Assembly: GCA_963697135.1 (NCBI GenBank)
Contig: CAVOMZ010000007.1
Coordinates: 209,110-273,109, forward strand
Direction: 5' to 3'
DNA: 64,000 nt
DNA from: an uncultured Chloroflexia bacterium
GTDB lineage: Bacteria; Chloroflexota; Limnocylindria; Limnocylindrales; CSP1-4
Position 1 is the first letter of the stretch, and every line of letters starts with the position of its first letter. The translations under genes and the position numbers were made by a program. Of the stretch, positions 1 to 9,053 are shown piece after piece. A model generated the notes under the pieces. The model was not told the DNA's origin. It did not search any database and saw only the letters and a program-made list of their open reading frames with translations.

Positions 1-515
1 GTTCCGGGCGTGACCAGGCGGATCGCCGCCTGCATGCCCTTGGCCCAGTGACCCGGGATGTGACAGCCGACCAGGATCGGGCCGGGATCCAGCGGGACGG
101 TCCACTTCAGGCTGACCAGCTGGCCCGAGTTGACCACGATCCGGATCCCGGCCACGCCGGGGGGGACCGAGACGACCGGGGTCGGGCCGGGCGGCGGGTT
201 CGCGGCCCCGGCTTCGGCCGCCTCCCAGGCGTCCTGGACCGCGGCGTCACCGATGACCACCTCGTGGACCTCCAGGCCGCCATTGATCACGTGGAGCAGG
301 ACCGTCTCACCAGGGACGAGGTCCACGATCGGGGGCTGGAACGAGTAGTCCTTGGCGATGATGTTGACGTCGCGCGGCGCCTCGGCGGTCCCGGCCGAGA
401 TGGGCGGTGTGGGCGGCGCGTCCCCGGAACAGGCGGCGACCAGCAGGACGATCCCGAGGAGCGCCGCGACGGCTGGCCCGCGGGCGGCCTGCAGGCTGTT
501 CCGAAATGCGCGCAC
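1..515 (-). CDS. Blue-copper (cupredoxin, plastocyanin/azurin-like) lipoprotein. Partial: the C-terminus runs off the window start.
   Basis: Minus-strand translation from GTG at 515 gives VRAFRNSLQAARGPAVAALLGIVLLVAAC (signal peptide plus lipobox) followed by a cupredoxin fold with C-H-x-x-x-M in CHIPGHWAKGM (type-1 Cu ligands). An in-frame TAG lies just upstream of the GTG. This ORF was not in the supplied track; I translated it myself. Confidence 0.6.
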   Translation of the reverse strand, partial: MRAFRNSLQAARGPAVAALLGIVLLVAACSGDAPPTPPISAGTAEAPRDVNIIAKDYSFQPPIVDLVPGETVLLHVINGGLEVHEVVIGDAAVQDAWEAAEAGAANPPPGPTPVVSVPPGVAGIRIVVNSGQLVSLKWTVPLDPGPILVGCHIPGHWAKGMQAAIRLVTPG

Positions 516-981
516 GAGGGCAGTCTAGAAGGGCCGTCCGCTTGACACCGGCTCGGTCGAGGAGCCTCGGTGATCGTGACCATCTTCCTGATCCTGCTCT
601 CGACGATCCCGGTCTTCCTCGCCCAGCGCCTGAGCTCGGACACGACCGGGATCGCCGGGCGCTGAGGTCCTCTCGCCGAGTCGGCGGGAGCGATGTCAGA
701 ACCAGCGCCGACCGAACGGCGGGTGATTGACCTGGGTCTGACCGACGACGGTCCGGCCGACACCGAAGGCCGCACTGGGCCGGGGCAGGCTGCCGATCGC
801 CCCGACGACAAGGAAGAGGATCACGGACACGACCGTGACGAGCTGACGCACGCGAAGTTGGGCGCTGCGCATGGTGGTCCTCCTGGAACCCCTGAGTCCG
901 ATGTGCCCGACCAACGGAGTCTCGTCCCGGCCGCTTACCTGCGGCTTATCCGCGACGGCCGCGGACGGCTACCCTTGGCCG

Positions 982-1323
982 ATGAACCCGAGCCAGCTGG
1001 AGTCGGTCCGGATCACCCTCGAGGCGGAGCGGGCCCGACTCCTGGCCGACCTGGCCGAACCGCCCTCGACGCCGGGCCAGATGACCTACGGCTCGCAGGC
1101 CGCCGCCGCCAGCGAGGTCTTTGCCCAGCAACGTGACCTGGCCCTGCGCGACAAGTCGGGCAAGGGCCTCGACCTGGTCGACGGGGCACTCGCCCGGCTC
1201 GCTGCCGGGACGTACGGCACGTGCCTCCGCTGCGGCCGGCCGATCCCCGACGAGCGGCTCGAGGCGCTGCCCTGGGCCGCCTTCGACCTGGCCTGCCAGC
1301 AGCTCGAGCGGGACGGCCGCTGA
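982..1323 (+). CDS. DksA/TraR-family C4 zinc-finger protein
   Basis: MNPSQLESVRITLEAERARLL..., then a CxxC(x17)CxxC-type C-terminus, CLRCGRPIPDERLEALPWAAFDLAC. Internal ATG at 982 of the 871..1323 ORF. Confidence 0.6.
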   Translation: MNPSQLESVRITLEAERARLLADLAEPPSTPGQMTYGSQAAAASEVFAQQRDLALRDKSGKGLDLVDGALARLAAGTYGTCLRCGRPIPDERLEALPWAAFDLACQQLERDGR

Positions 1324-2336
1324 TGGCCGCCGAGGAGAGCCCCGGAACTGAGCCAGGGCTGGTCGGGATCGAGGCGATCCGGGCCGCCGCCGACCAGCTT
1401 CGGGGGGTCGCCCTGCGCACGCCGCTGCTCGCCTTCGGGCCCCCGACCGGCACGAGTACCTCAAGGCCGAGTCGCTCCAGCCCATCGGCGCATTCAAGCT
1501 GCGGGGCGCCTATGTCGCGATTGCCGCGCTCGACCCGGCCGTCCAGGCCCGGGGCGTGATCACCTACTCCAGCGGCAACCACGCCCAGGGCGTGGCCCGG
1601 GCCGCCCGCCTGCTCGGGATCCCGGCGGTCGTCGTCATGCCCTCGGACGCCCCGGCGATCAAGCGCGACCGGGTCGCCGCCGATGGGGCCGAGGTCGTCA
1701 TCGTGGGGCCTGCCAGCGAGGAGCGCCGGCTTCGGGCCGAGCAGCTCGCGGCCGAGCGTGGCCTGGCGATCATCCCGCCCTACGACGACGACCGGATCAT
1801 TGCCGGCCAGGGGACCTGCGGGCTCGAGATCGCCGAGGACCTGCCCGACCTCGCGGCCGTCCTCGTCCCGATCGGCGGGGGCGGCCTGGCCGCTGGAGTC
1901 GCCACGCGCGGTCCGCGCCATCCGGCCGGCCGCCCGGATCGTCGGGGTCGAGCCGGAGCTGGCCGCCGATGCCCGCGATTCGTTCCGGGCCGGCCGGATC
2001 GTGGCCTGGCCGGCCGAGCAGGTCGGTCGGACGATCTCCGACGGGACGCGAACCCAGTCGATCGGCCGGCGCAACCTGGCCCACCTGCTGGCCAACCTGG
2101 ATGACATCGTGACCGTCAGCGAGGCCGAGATCGAGGCGGCCGTCCGGCTCGCCGCCGAGGAGTGCCGCCTGGTGGTCGAGCCGTCGGGCGCCCTGGGGAT
2201 CGCCGCCCTCCGCTTCCGCTCGACCGAGGCCGGCCTGACCGGGCTCGAGGGCTCGCGGGTGGCGATCGTCAGCGGCGGAAACGTCGACCCGGGCCAGTAC
2301 CGGGCGATCCTGGCCGGGACCCAGCCGCCGGCCTGA
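1323..2336 (+). CDS. PLP-dependent threonine/serine dehydratase (catabolic-type ammonia-lyase). At least two frame shifts in this assembly.
   Basis: ESLQPIGAFKLRGAY (PLP-lysine motif), ITYSSGNHAQGVA, a GGGGL glycine loop and a C-terminal ...VAIVSGGNVD. The homologous frame jumps between ORFs 1221..1559, 1556..2104 and 1683..2336. Confidence 0.7.
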
Positions 2337-2404
2337 GGCCGGGTCTCGGCAGCCGGCCCCACGGCCGGCTGAGGCGGCTCGGCCGTGAGGCCGGCGCCAC
2401 CCGT

Positions 2405-3484
2405 TCAGCCTGAGCGCGGGTCTCCGCGTTCGTTGGCCAGCCGCTCGGCGAGGCGGACCTCGCGCTCCCGGATCGCGGCGACCTGGGGCGCGACCCGGGC
2501 GTCGATCGCCGCCGTCTGGCGCTCCTCGTGCCGGAGCAGGCCACCCAGGATCAGCATCACCGCCAGCATGAACACGACGTCGCCGGTGATCCACATGATC
2601 CCGCCGGCCAGCCGCTGGTCGTCGATCACGCTCGGTCCCCAGGTCCGGACCTGGTTCACGTAGTGGGCGTACAGCGGGACCGCGGCGCTGTACGAGGACG
2701 ACCCCCAGGAACGTGTTCTGGGGCATCTGCAGGAACGTGTAGACCAGGCGATGGGGATGGCGCATCCGCCACGGGGTCGGATCGATGCCGACCGCCGGTC
2801 CACCAGAAGAGGAGGGCCGTGATCAGGAAGCCGGCATGCTCGAGCTGGTGGACGAACGGGTTCTCGAGGGCCAGCTCGAACAGGCTGCGAGAAGTGGGCG
2901 ACCCACATGTAGCCGGCGAACAGGATCCAGGTGACGACGGGGAACGAGATCGCCCGGAGGATCCGCGAGTGGAGGACCGGCAGGATCCAGCGCCGGCGGA
3001 CCTCCGGGCGGGAGAAGCGCAGGAGCAGGGTGATCGGGGCGCCGAGGACCAGGAGCGGCGCCGCGACCATCGTCAGGAGCACGTGCTGGACCATGTGGTC
3101 GCTGAACAGGGTCGAGTCGTAGGCCTCGATCGGCGACTGGAGGGCGATCTCGATCGCCAGCAGGCCGAGCAGCCAGCAGGCGAGCCGGATCCCCCGGACA
3201 TGGCTCAGCGGATGGGCCGCGTTCACCCGCCGGACCATCCACAGGTAGCCGACCGCGGCGAGCACGAGGGGCACGACGATCGTCGGGTCGAACGACCAGA
3301 GGAACAGGACCGAGGGCAGGCTGGGTGGCGGCGGGGGCGTGCCCGAGTGGGCCGAGGCAGCGCCGGCGAGGCCGAGCCAGGCGAGCGAGGCGAGGCCGCC
3401 TCCGGCGATCAGCGACGGCAGGCGGGCACCGAGGCGCTTCGGCGGGCGGCTCTGGCGAGAGCGGAAGCGACCATCTCGGGCCAT
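2405..3484 (-). CDS. ctaG: Cytochrome c oxidase assembly factor CtaG (Caa3_CtaG family). Frame-shifted near 2700-2880.
   Basis: Polytopic membrane protein with HMVQHVLLTMVAAPLLVLGAP and a C-terminal YAHYVNQVRTWGPSVIDDQRLAGGIMWITGDVVFM. Divergent to the cox operon. The homologous frame continues in ORFs 2405..3484 and 2823..3542. Confidence 0.65.
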   Translation of the reverse strand: MARDGRFRSRQSRPPKRLGARLPSLIAGGGLASLAWLGLAGAASAHSGTPPPPPSLPSVLFLWSFDPTIVVPLVLAAVGYLWMVRRVNAAHPLSHVRGIRLACWLLGLLAIEIALQSPIEAYDSTLFSDHMVQHVLLTMVAAPLLVLGAPITLLLRFSRPEVRRRWILPVLHSRILRAISFPVVTWILFAGYMWVAHFSQPVRAGPREPVRPPARACRLPDHGPPLLVDRRSASIRPRGGCAIPIAWSTRSCRCPRTRSWGSSSYSAAVPLYAHYVNQVRTWGPSVIDDQRLAGGIMWITGDVVFMLAVMLILGGLLRHEERQTAAIDARVAPQVAAIREREVRLAERLANERGDPRSG

Positions 3485-3635
3485 TCTGCGCCCTCTCCGA
3501 GAGAGGGTCGGATGCGCACGCCGGCGGCCGCCCCGCTATCATGCGCTCGGGGCACGTTGTGCCGGGCGCGGTGCTGCGCCAGACACCCCAGGGCCTCCTG
3601 CCGCTTCCAGGATCACGACGAGGAAGCTACCGCTG

Positions 3636-4727
3636 ATGTCGAACCCCACGCCCCGGTCGCCAGGCAGCAACTGGCTGGCGTTCGCCTTCCTGGGCGGGGT
3701 GCTGGCCCTGATCGCCGGGCTGATCTGGGCGGTCCTGGCGGGCAAGCTCGAGCCGCCGGCGCCGGTCACGACCGAGGCCCAGGCCACCCGCGACCTGTAC
3801 AACTTCGTCTTCGTCGTGGCCGCGGTGATCTTCCTCTTCGTCGAGGCCCTGATCGTCTTCGCGGTCATCCGCTACCGGCGCAAGCCGACCGACACCGAGC
3901 TGCCGCCGCAGATCCACGGCAACAGCCTCCTCGAAGTCCTCTGGACGGTCATCCCGACGATCCTCGTCGTGATCCTGTTCATCTTCTCGTGGAACACCCT
4001 CAACACGGTCGATGCGGTCTCGCCGGCCCCGGCCCTGACCGTGCGGGCCGTGGCGGCCCAGTTCGAATGGGAGTTCGACTACCTCGCCCCGGACGGCCAG
4101 ACGGTCCAGTTCCGACAGCAGACGCCCGAGCTCGACCTGCCGGTCGGGGTGGACGTCCACGTGATCCTCCGCTCGAACGACGTGATCCACGCGTTCTACG
4201 TCCCGAAGTTCCTGTTCAAGCGGGACGTCGTCCCGGGCCTCGAGAACAACTTCGACTTCACGATCGATCCGGCCGACGTCAACCAGACCTTCCGGGGCCA
4301 GTGCGCCGAGTTCTGCGGAACGTTCCACAGCACGATGCTGTTCTCGGTCAAGGCGCTCAGCCCGACCGACTTCAACACCTGGCTGCAGAATCAGATCAAG
4401 ACCGCGGCGGCCACGCCGGCGCCGGCGCCATCGGGTGGCGGGACGGCCGCCACGACCCTCGACCTGACCGCCCACAACATTGCCTACGACACGTCTTCGC
4501 TCGCGGCGCCGGCTGGCCAGCCGTTCATCATCAACTTCACGAACAACGACCCGAGCGTGCCCCACAACGTCCAGATCGCCGACGGAACCGGCCAGGTCAT
4601 CTTCAAGGGCGAGCTCGTGACCGGCCCCGACCATCGCCAGTATCCGATCCCGGCCCTGGCGGCCGGCACCTACACCTTCTCCTGTTCCGTTCACCCGCAG
4701 ATGACCGGAACGCTCACGGTCAAGTAA
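3636..4727 (+). CDS. ctaC: Cytochrome c oxidase subunit II with an additional C-terminal type-1 copper (cupredoxin) domain
   Basis: Two N-terminal TM helices. CuA site H..CAEFCGTFHSTM. C-terminal extension ...PHNVQIADG...CSVHPQMTGTLTVK (H, C, H, M ligands). Start ATG 3636 is in frame within ORF 3339..4727. Confidence 0.85.
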   Translation: MSNPTPRSPGSNWLAFAFLGGVLALIAGLIWAVLAGKLEPPAPVTTEAQATRDLYNFVFVVAAVIFLFVEALIVFAVIRYRRKPTDTELPPQIHGNSLLEVLWTVIPTILVVILFIFSWNTLNTVDAVSPAPALTVRAVAAQFEWEFDYLAPDGQTVQFRQQTPELDLPVGVDVHVILRSNDVIHAFYVPKFLFKRDVVPGLENNFDFTIDPADVNQTFRGQCAEFCGTFHSTMLFSVKALSPTDFNTWLQNQIKTAAATPAPAPSGGGTAATTLDLTAHNIAYDTSSLAAPAGQPFIINFTNNDPSVPHNVQIADGTGQVIFKGELVTGPDHRQYPIPALAAGTYTFSCSVHPQMTGTLTVK

Positions 4728-4736
4728 GGAGCACTG

Positions 4737-6353
4737 ATGGCGACGACGACGCTGCGGGCGGGAGTGGGCTATCGGACCGGGCTGTACGAATGGCTGACCA
4801 CGACCGATCACAAGAAGATCGGGATCCTGTATCTCGCCAACTCGATCCTGATGTTCCTGCTGGGCGGCACCTTCGCCCTGGTCGTCCGGGTCGAGCTGGC
4901 CCAGCCGGGGCTCCAGTTCCTGACCGACTCCCAGTACAACCAGGCGTTCACGATCCACGCCTCGCTGATGCTCTTCCTGTTCGTCATCCCGGTCCTGGCC
5001 GGCTTCGGCAACTACCTCGTGCCGCTGATGATCGGCGCGCCGGACATGGCCTTCCCGCGGATCAACGCCTTCTCGTTCTGGCTGCTGCCCCTCGGCGCGA
5101 TCGTGATGCTCTCGGGCTTCGCCACCGGGACCGGGGCGGCGGCCGCCGGCTGGACCGAATACAGCCCGCTCGCCCAGGCGAAGTACTCGGGGATCGGGAC
5201 CGACCTGTGGATCGTGGCCCTGCTGCTGATCGGCACGAGCTCGATCCTCGGCTCGATCAACTTCATCGTCACGATCTTCAAGATGCGGGCGCCGGGGATG
5301 ACCCTGCTGCGGATGCCGATCATGGTCTGGACGATGCTCGTCACCAGCATCCTGGTCCTGATGGCCACGCCGGTCCTGACCAGCGCCCTGATCATGCTGT
5401 TCATCGACCGGAACCTGGGCGGCCACTTCTTCGACCCGGCCACCGGCGGCAACGCGATCCTGTGGCAGAACACGTTCTGGTTCTACTCCCACCCGGCCGT
5501 CTACATCATGATCCTGCCGGCGATGGGGATCATCAGCGAGATCCTGCCGGTCTTCAGCCGCAAGCCGCTCTTCGGCTACAAGGCCTTCGTGTTCGCGACG
5601 GCGGCCATCGGCGCCCTGGGCTTCTCGGTCTGGGCCCACCACATGTTCACGACCGGGGCGGTCTACCTGCCGTTCTTCAGCTTCATGACCTTCCTGATCG
5701 CGATCCCGACCGGGGTCAAGTTCTTCAACTGGATCGCCACGATGTTCCGCGGCCAGCTGACGTTCTCGACGCCGCTGCTGTACTCGCTCGGCTTCCTGAC
5801 GATGTTCCTGATCGGCGGGATCAACGGTGCCTTCAGCGCGGCCGTGCCGGTCGACTTCGCCCTGCACGACACGTACTGGGTCGTGGCCCACATCCACTAC
5901 GTCCTGTTCGGCGGCTCGGTCTTCGCGGTCTTCGCCGGGCTGTACTACTGGTGGCCCAAGATGTTCGGCCGGAGGCTGAACGAGACCCTCGGCAAGATCC
6001 AGTTCGTGTTCATGTTCATCGGCTTCAACCTGACCTTCTTCCCGATGCACATCCTCGGCCTGAGCGGGATGCCCCGCCGGATCGCCGACTATGACCCGAC
6101 GGCCGGCTGGAACGACCTGAACCTGCTGGCGACGATCGGCGGCTTCGTGATCGCCTTCAGCATCGTGCCCTTCCTGTGGAACGTGTTCATCACGTTCCGG
6201 TCGGGCGAGCCCGCCGGCGATGATCCCTGGGAGGGCAACACGCTCGAGTGGGCGACCTCCTCGCCGCCGCCGCCCTACAACTTCGATCACCTCCCGGAGA
6301 TCCGCTCCGAGCGCCCGGTCTTCGACGCCCGCCATGGGGCGAGCCACGCGTGA
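4737..6353 (+). CDS. ctaD: Cytochrome c oxidase subunit I (heme-copper oxidase, aa3 type)
   Basis: 538 aa, 12-TM COX1 signature throughout (WFFGHPEVY-like ...FYSHPAVYIMILPAMG, HHMF, HDTYWVVAHIHYV). Confidence 0.95.
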   Translation: MATTTLRAGVGYRTGLYEWLTTTDHKKIGILYLANSILMFLLGGTFALVVRVELAQPGLQFLTDSQYNQAFTIHASLMLFLFVIPVLAGFGNYLVPLMIGAPDMAFPRINAFSFWLLPLGAIVMLSGFATGTGAAAAGWTEYSPLAQAKYSGIGTDLWIVALLLIGTSSILGSINFIVTIFKMRAPGMTLLRMPIMVWTMLVTSILVLMATPVLTSALIMLFIDRNLGGHFFDPATGGNAILWQNTFWFYSHPAVYIMILPAMGIISEILPVFSRKPLFGYKAFVFATAAIGALGFSVWAHHMFTTGAVYLPFFSFMTFLIAIPTGVKFFNWIATMFRGQLTFSTPLLYSLGFLTMFLIGGINGAFSAAVPVDFALHDTYWVVAHIHYVLFGGSVFAVFAGLYYWWPKMFGRRLNETLGKIQFVFMFIGFNLTFFPMHILGLSGMPRRIADYDPTAGWNDLNLLATIGGFVIAFSIVPFLWNVFITFRSGEPAGDDPWEGNTLEWATSSPPPPYNFDHLPEIRSERPVFDARHGASHA

Positions 6354-6983
6354 GCGCCGAGCCGATGGCCCTCCAGGTCAGCCACGACGACGCGGGCGGC
6401 CACGACGAGGAGGGGATCAGCAACGTCATCCTGGGGATGATCCTGTTCATCTGCTCGGAGGTGATGTTCTTCGCCGGGCTGTTCGCGGCCTACTTCAACG
6501 TCCGGGCGAACGCGCCGGTCTGGCCGCCGGAGGGCAATCCGCACTTCCACCTGGCCAACGAGATCACCCTGCCCCTGATCATCACGATCCTCCTGATCAT
6601 CAGCTCCTTCACCTGCCAGCTGGCGGTCTGGTCGATCCGCAAGGGTGACCGGGCCGGCCTGATCCGGAACATCGCGGTGACCCTGACCCTGGGGATCATC
6701 TTCCTGCTCGGCCAGGCGCTACGACTACACCCAGCTCGGGTTCACCCTGGCCGACGGCACCTTCGGCACGACGTTCTTCACCCTGACCGGCTTCCACGGC
6801 GCCCACGTCCTGGGCGGAGCGATCATGCTCAGCGTCGTCCTCTACCGCTCGCTGGCCGGGCAGTTCTCGGCCAGGCACCACGACATGGTCGAGGCGGTCT
6901 CGCTCTACTGGCACTTCGTGGACGTGGTCTGGATCGTCCTGTTCTCGCTGCTGTATCTCGTGCCGGCCGCGGCGGCCCACTGA
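6350..6983 (+). CDS. ctaE: Cytochrome c oxidase subunit III. One frame shift near 6717-6721.
   Basis: GTG at 6350 overlaps the ctaD stop. ...ICSEVMFFAGLFAAYF... continues after a 1-nt slip as YDYTQLGFTLADGTFGTTFFTLTGFHGAHVLGGAIML...HFVDVVWIVLFSLLYLVPAAAAH*, stop 6981-6983. Confidence 0.8.
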
Positions 6984-6997
6984 CGGAAGGCGGTCAG

Positions 6998-7174
6998 ATG
7001 CACCCGATTCCGCATCCGCGCCTGGCCCTCCTGAGCGGGCTCCTGTTCGCCGGCGTCGGGCTCGTCTACTACGCCTTGAGCCATGACATCGGGGGCGCCT
7101 CGATGGAGATCATCCTGGGCATCGCGATGAGCCTGATGTTCTACGTCCTGATGGCCGGCTCCCCGCGCGGCTGA
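6998..7174 (+). CDS. Small two-TM membrane protein, putative oxidase subunit IV-like
   Basis: MHPIPHPRLALLSGLLFAGVGLVYYALSHDIGGASMEIILGIAMSLMFYVLMAG. Sits directly after ctaE in the operon. Hydrophobic, 58 aa. Confidence 0.4.
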   Translation: MHPIPHPRLALLSGLLFAGVGLVYYALSHDIGGASMEIILGIAMSLMFYVLMAGSPRG

Positions 7175-7202
7175 GCGCCCAGGAACTGACGAAGCCCGCC
7201 TG

Positions 7203-8285
7203 ATGGACCAGATCTGGACCTCACTCATCAACTTCATTGCCCAGTTCGTGTCGCCCGACTGGGGCAAGGTGATCGGGCTCCTGCCACTCATGCTCCTGGC
7301 CCTCGTGGGCCTCTATGGCGTCTGGCTCGTCCGGAGCCTGGCCCTGCTCGGGCCGGCCCAGCGCGGCGGCCGTCCGCTGCCACCGCTGCCGCCCGCCGGG
7401 ATCCACATGCCGGGACCGTCGCTTGCCCCGGCCTTCGGGGCGCTCGGGTTCGGCCTCGTCGTCTGGGGCCTGGTCTTCCGGGCGATCCTGCCGATCGGCC
7501 TGATCGTGCTCGTCCTGGCCCTGCTCTACTGGCTGCGCGAGGGAATGCGCGATTACGACCACATCGAGCCGACGAAGGTGATCCTGCCGGCGGTAATTCA
7601 CGATGGTCCCCCGCCCGGCGTCCACATGCCCGGGCCGTCGTTCCGGCCGATCCTGGGCGGCCTGTCGATGATGGTCATCGTGTTCGGCCTGGTCTTCGGC
7701 TGGGCCCTCTTCGTGGCCGGGCTGCTGATGCTCGGGGCAACCCTGCTCGGCTGGCTGCGCGACGCCCGGACCGAGTACAGCCTGACCGTGGAGGCCGATC
7801 GCACCGGCCACCTCCGGAACGCCCCGGCGCCGCACTACCCGAGCGGAACGCTGACGTTCTTCGCGGTCGTCCTGATCGGGGCGATCCTGGTCAACTTCGG
7901 GATCATCCCGCCGGGCAGCTCGAGCGGCGGGACGGCCGGGGCCAGTGGAGCACCCGGGGCGAGCGGCTCGCCCGGCGCCAGCGCCGAGCCCAGCGGGGTC
8001 GCGGCCGACGTCACGATCGGGGCCAAGAACATCGCCTACACCCCGAACAAGGCCGACGCGCCGGCCGGCCGGGCCTTCACGATCGCCTTTGACAACCAGG
8101 ACGCCGGGATCCCCCACAACATCTCGATCCAGACCGGGGGCGCCGGCAGCCAGCAGGTCTTCCTGGGCAAGATCGTGACCGGGCCGGTCGTCGAGATCTA
8201 CAACGTGCCGGCCCTGCCCGCCGGGACATACACCTATGTCTGCTCGGTTCATGCCACCATGACCGGGGTCCTGACCGTCAAGTAG
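7203..8285 (+). CDS. Membrane protein with an internally duplicated TM module and a C-terminal cupredoxin (type-1 Cu) domain
   Basis: Repeated GIHMPGPSLAPAFGALGFGLVVWGLVF / GVHMPGPSFRPILGGLSMMVIVFGLVF modules. Gly/Ser/Ala linker. C-terminus PHNISIQTG...CSVHATMTGVLTVK, paralogous to the COX2 C-terminal domain. Confidence 0.75.
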   Translation: MDQIWTSLINFIAQFVSPDWGKVIGLLPLMLLALVGLYGVWLVRSLALLGPAQRGGRPLPPLPPAGIHMPGPSLAPAFGALGFGLVVWGLVFRAILPIGLIVLVLALLYWLREGMRDYDHIEPTKVILPAVIHDGPPPGVHMPGPSFRPILGGLSMMVIVFGLVFGWALFVAGLLMLGATLLGWLRDARTEYSLTVEADRTGHLRNAPAPHYPSGTLTFFAVVLIGAILVNFGIIPPGSSSGGTAGASGAPGASGSPGASAEPSGVAADVTIGAKNIAYTPNKADAPAGRAFTIAFDNQDAGIPHNISIQTGGAGSQQVFLGKIVTGPVVEIYNVPALPAGTYTYVCSVHATMTGVLTVK

Positions 8286-8300
8286 CCGGGCCCGATCACC

Positions 8301-8900
8301 ATGGAACCTCGTCCGGATGCCGCTCCCGAGCCTCGTCCGGACGCCGCTCCCGTGAGCCGCCGGTCCCGCCATCTCCGCCCCCTGGCCGTCCTGGCGGTCA
8401 TCGTCGTCGTGGCCCTGGCCGGCTGGGCGATCCACGATGGATCCGGCTGCGCCTCGGCCGAGCCGACCGGGATCGCCGCGGCGGAGCCGGGCCAGCCGGC
8501 CCCGGCCCTCGTCGGGACGACCCTCGACGGGCAGCCATTCGACCTCGCCGCGGAGCGCGGCCGGCCGGTCATCGTCAACTTCTGGGCGTCCTGGTGCGTC
8601 CCCTGCCAGGCCGAGTTCCCGCTCCTCCAGGCGGCCCAGGCGGCCCACGCCGCCGATGGCCTGGTGGTCGTCGGGGTGATCTACCAGGACACCTCGTCGG
8701 CGGCCAAGGCCTTCGCTGCGAGCCATGGCGGGACCTGGATCAACGTGGCCGATCCGTGCGGCAGCATCGCCACGGCCTACACCGTCGTTGCCCCGCCCCA
8801 GACCTACTTCATCACGGCCGACGGCGTCCTGAAGTCGCGCCAGATCGGCGAGATCACCGAACCCGACCTCGAGCGGCAGCTGAGCGCGATCCTGCCCTGA
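8301..8900 (+). CDS. TlpA/ResA-like thiol-disulfide oxidoreductase (thioredoxin fold)
   Basis: N-terminal TM, then IVNFWASWCVPCQAEFP (WCxPC active site). Last gene of the cox cluster. Confidence 0.8.
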   Translation: MEPRPDAAPEPRPDAAPVSRRSRHLRPLAVLAVIVVVALAGWAIHDGSGCASAEPTGIAAAEPGQPAPALVGTTLDGQPFDLAAERGRPVIVNFWASWCVPCQAEFPLLQAAQAAHAADGLVVVGVIYQDTSSAAKAFAASHGGTWINVADPCGSIATAYTVVAPPQTYFITADGVLKSRQIGEITEPDLERQLSAILP

Positions 8901-8972
8901 GCGCGGGGCCAGGGGCCGATGGAAAAGGGAACCCCGGGTGGTCGGGACCCGGGGTTCAGGGAAATGCTTCTT

Positions 8973-9046
8973 GGTTGCGGGGGGCGGATTCGAACCGCCG
9001 ACCTTCGGGTTATGAGCCCGACGAGCTGCCGCTGCTCCACCCCGCG
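8973..9046 (-). tRNA. tRNA-fMet (initiator), anticodon CAT, CCA encoded
   Basis: Reverse complement CGCGGGGTGGAGCAGCGGCAGCTCGTCGGGCTCATAACCCGAAGGTCGGCGGTTCGAATCCGCCCCCCGCAACCA. C1:A72 mismatch, three G-C pairs closing the anticodon stem, GGTTCGAATCC T-loop. Confidence 0.8.
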
Positions 9047-9053
9047 AAGGCAA

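Noticed and set aside
696-914. 72-aa minus-strand ORF with a hydrophobic stretch (VTVVSVILFLVVGAIGSLP)
   Set aside because: It could be a small membrane protein between the cupredoxin lipoprotein and the DksA-like gene. But it has no RBS or homology support and overlaps plus-strand ORF 693..1136, so it is not called.
2528-6347. Very long ORFs on both strands (2528..6094+, 1188 aa; 3627..6347-, 906 aa) overlapping the cox genes
   Set aside because: They are Arg/Pro/Asp/Gly-rich out-of-frame or antisense translations of ctaC/ctaD. They are typical of 70% GC DNA, where stop codons are rare. The genuine frames carry unambiguous COX1/COX2 signatures.
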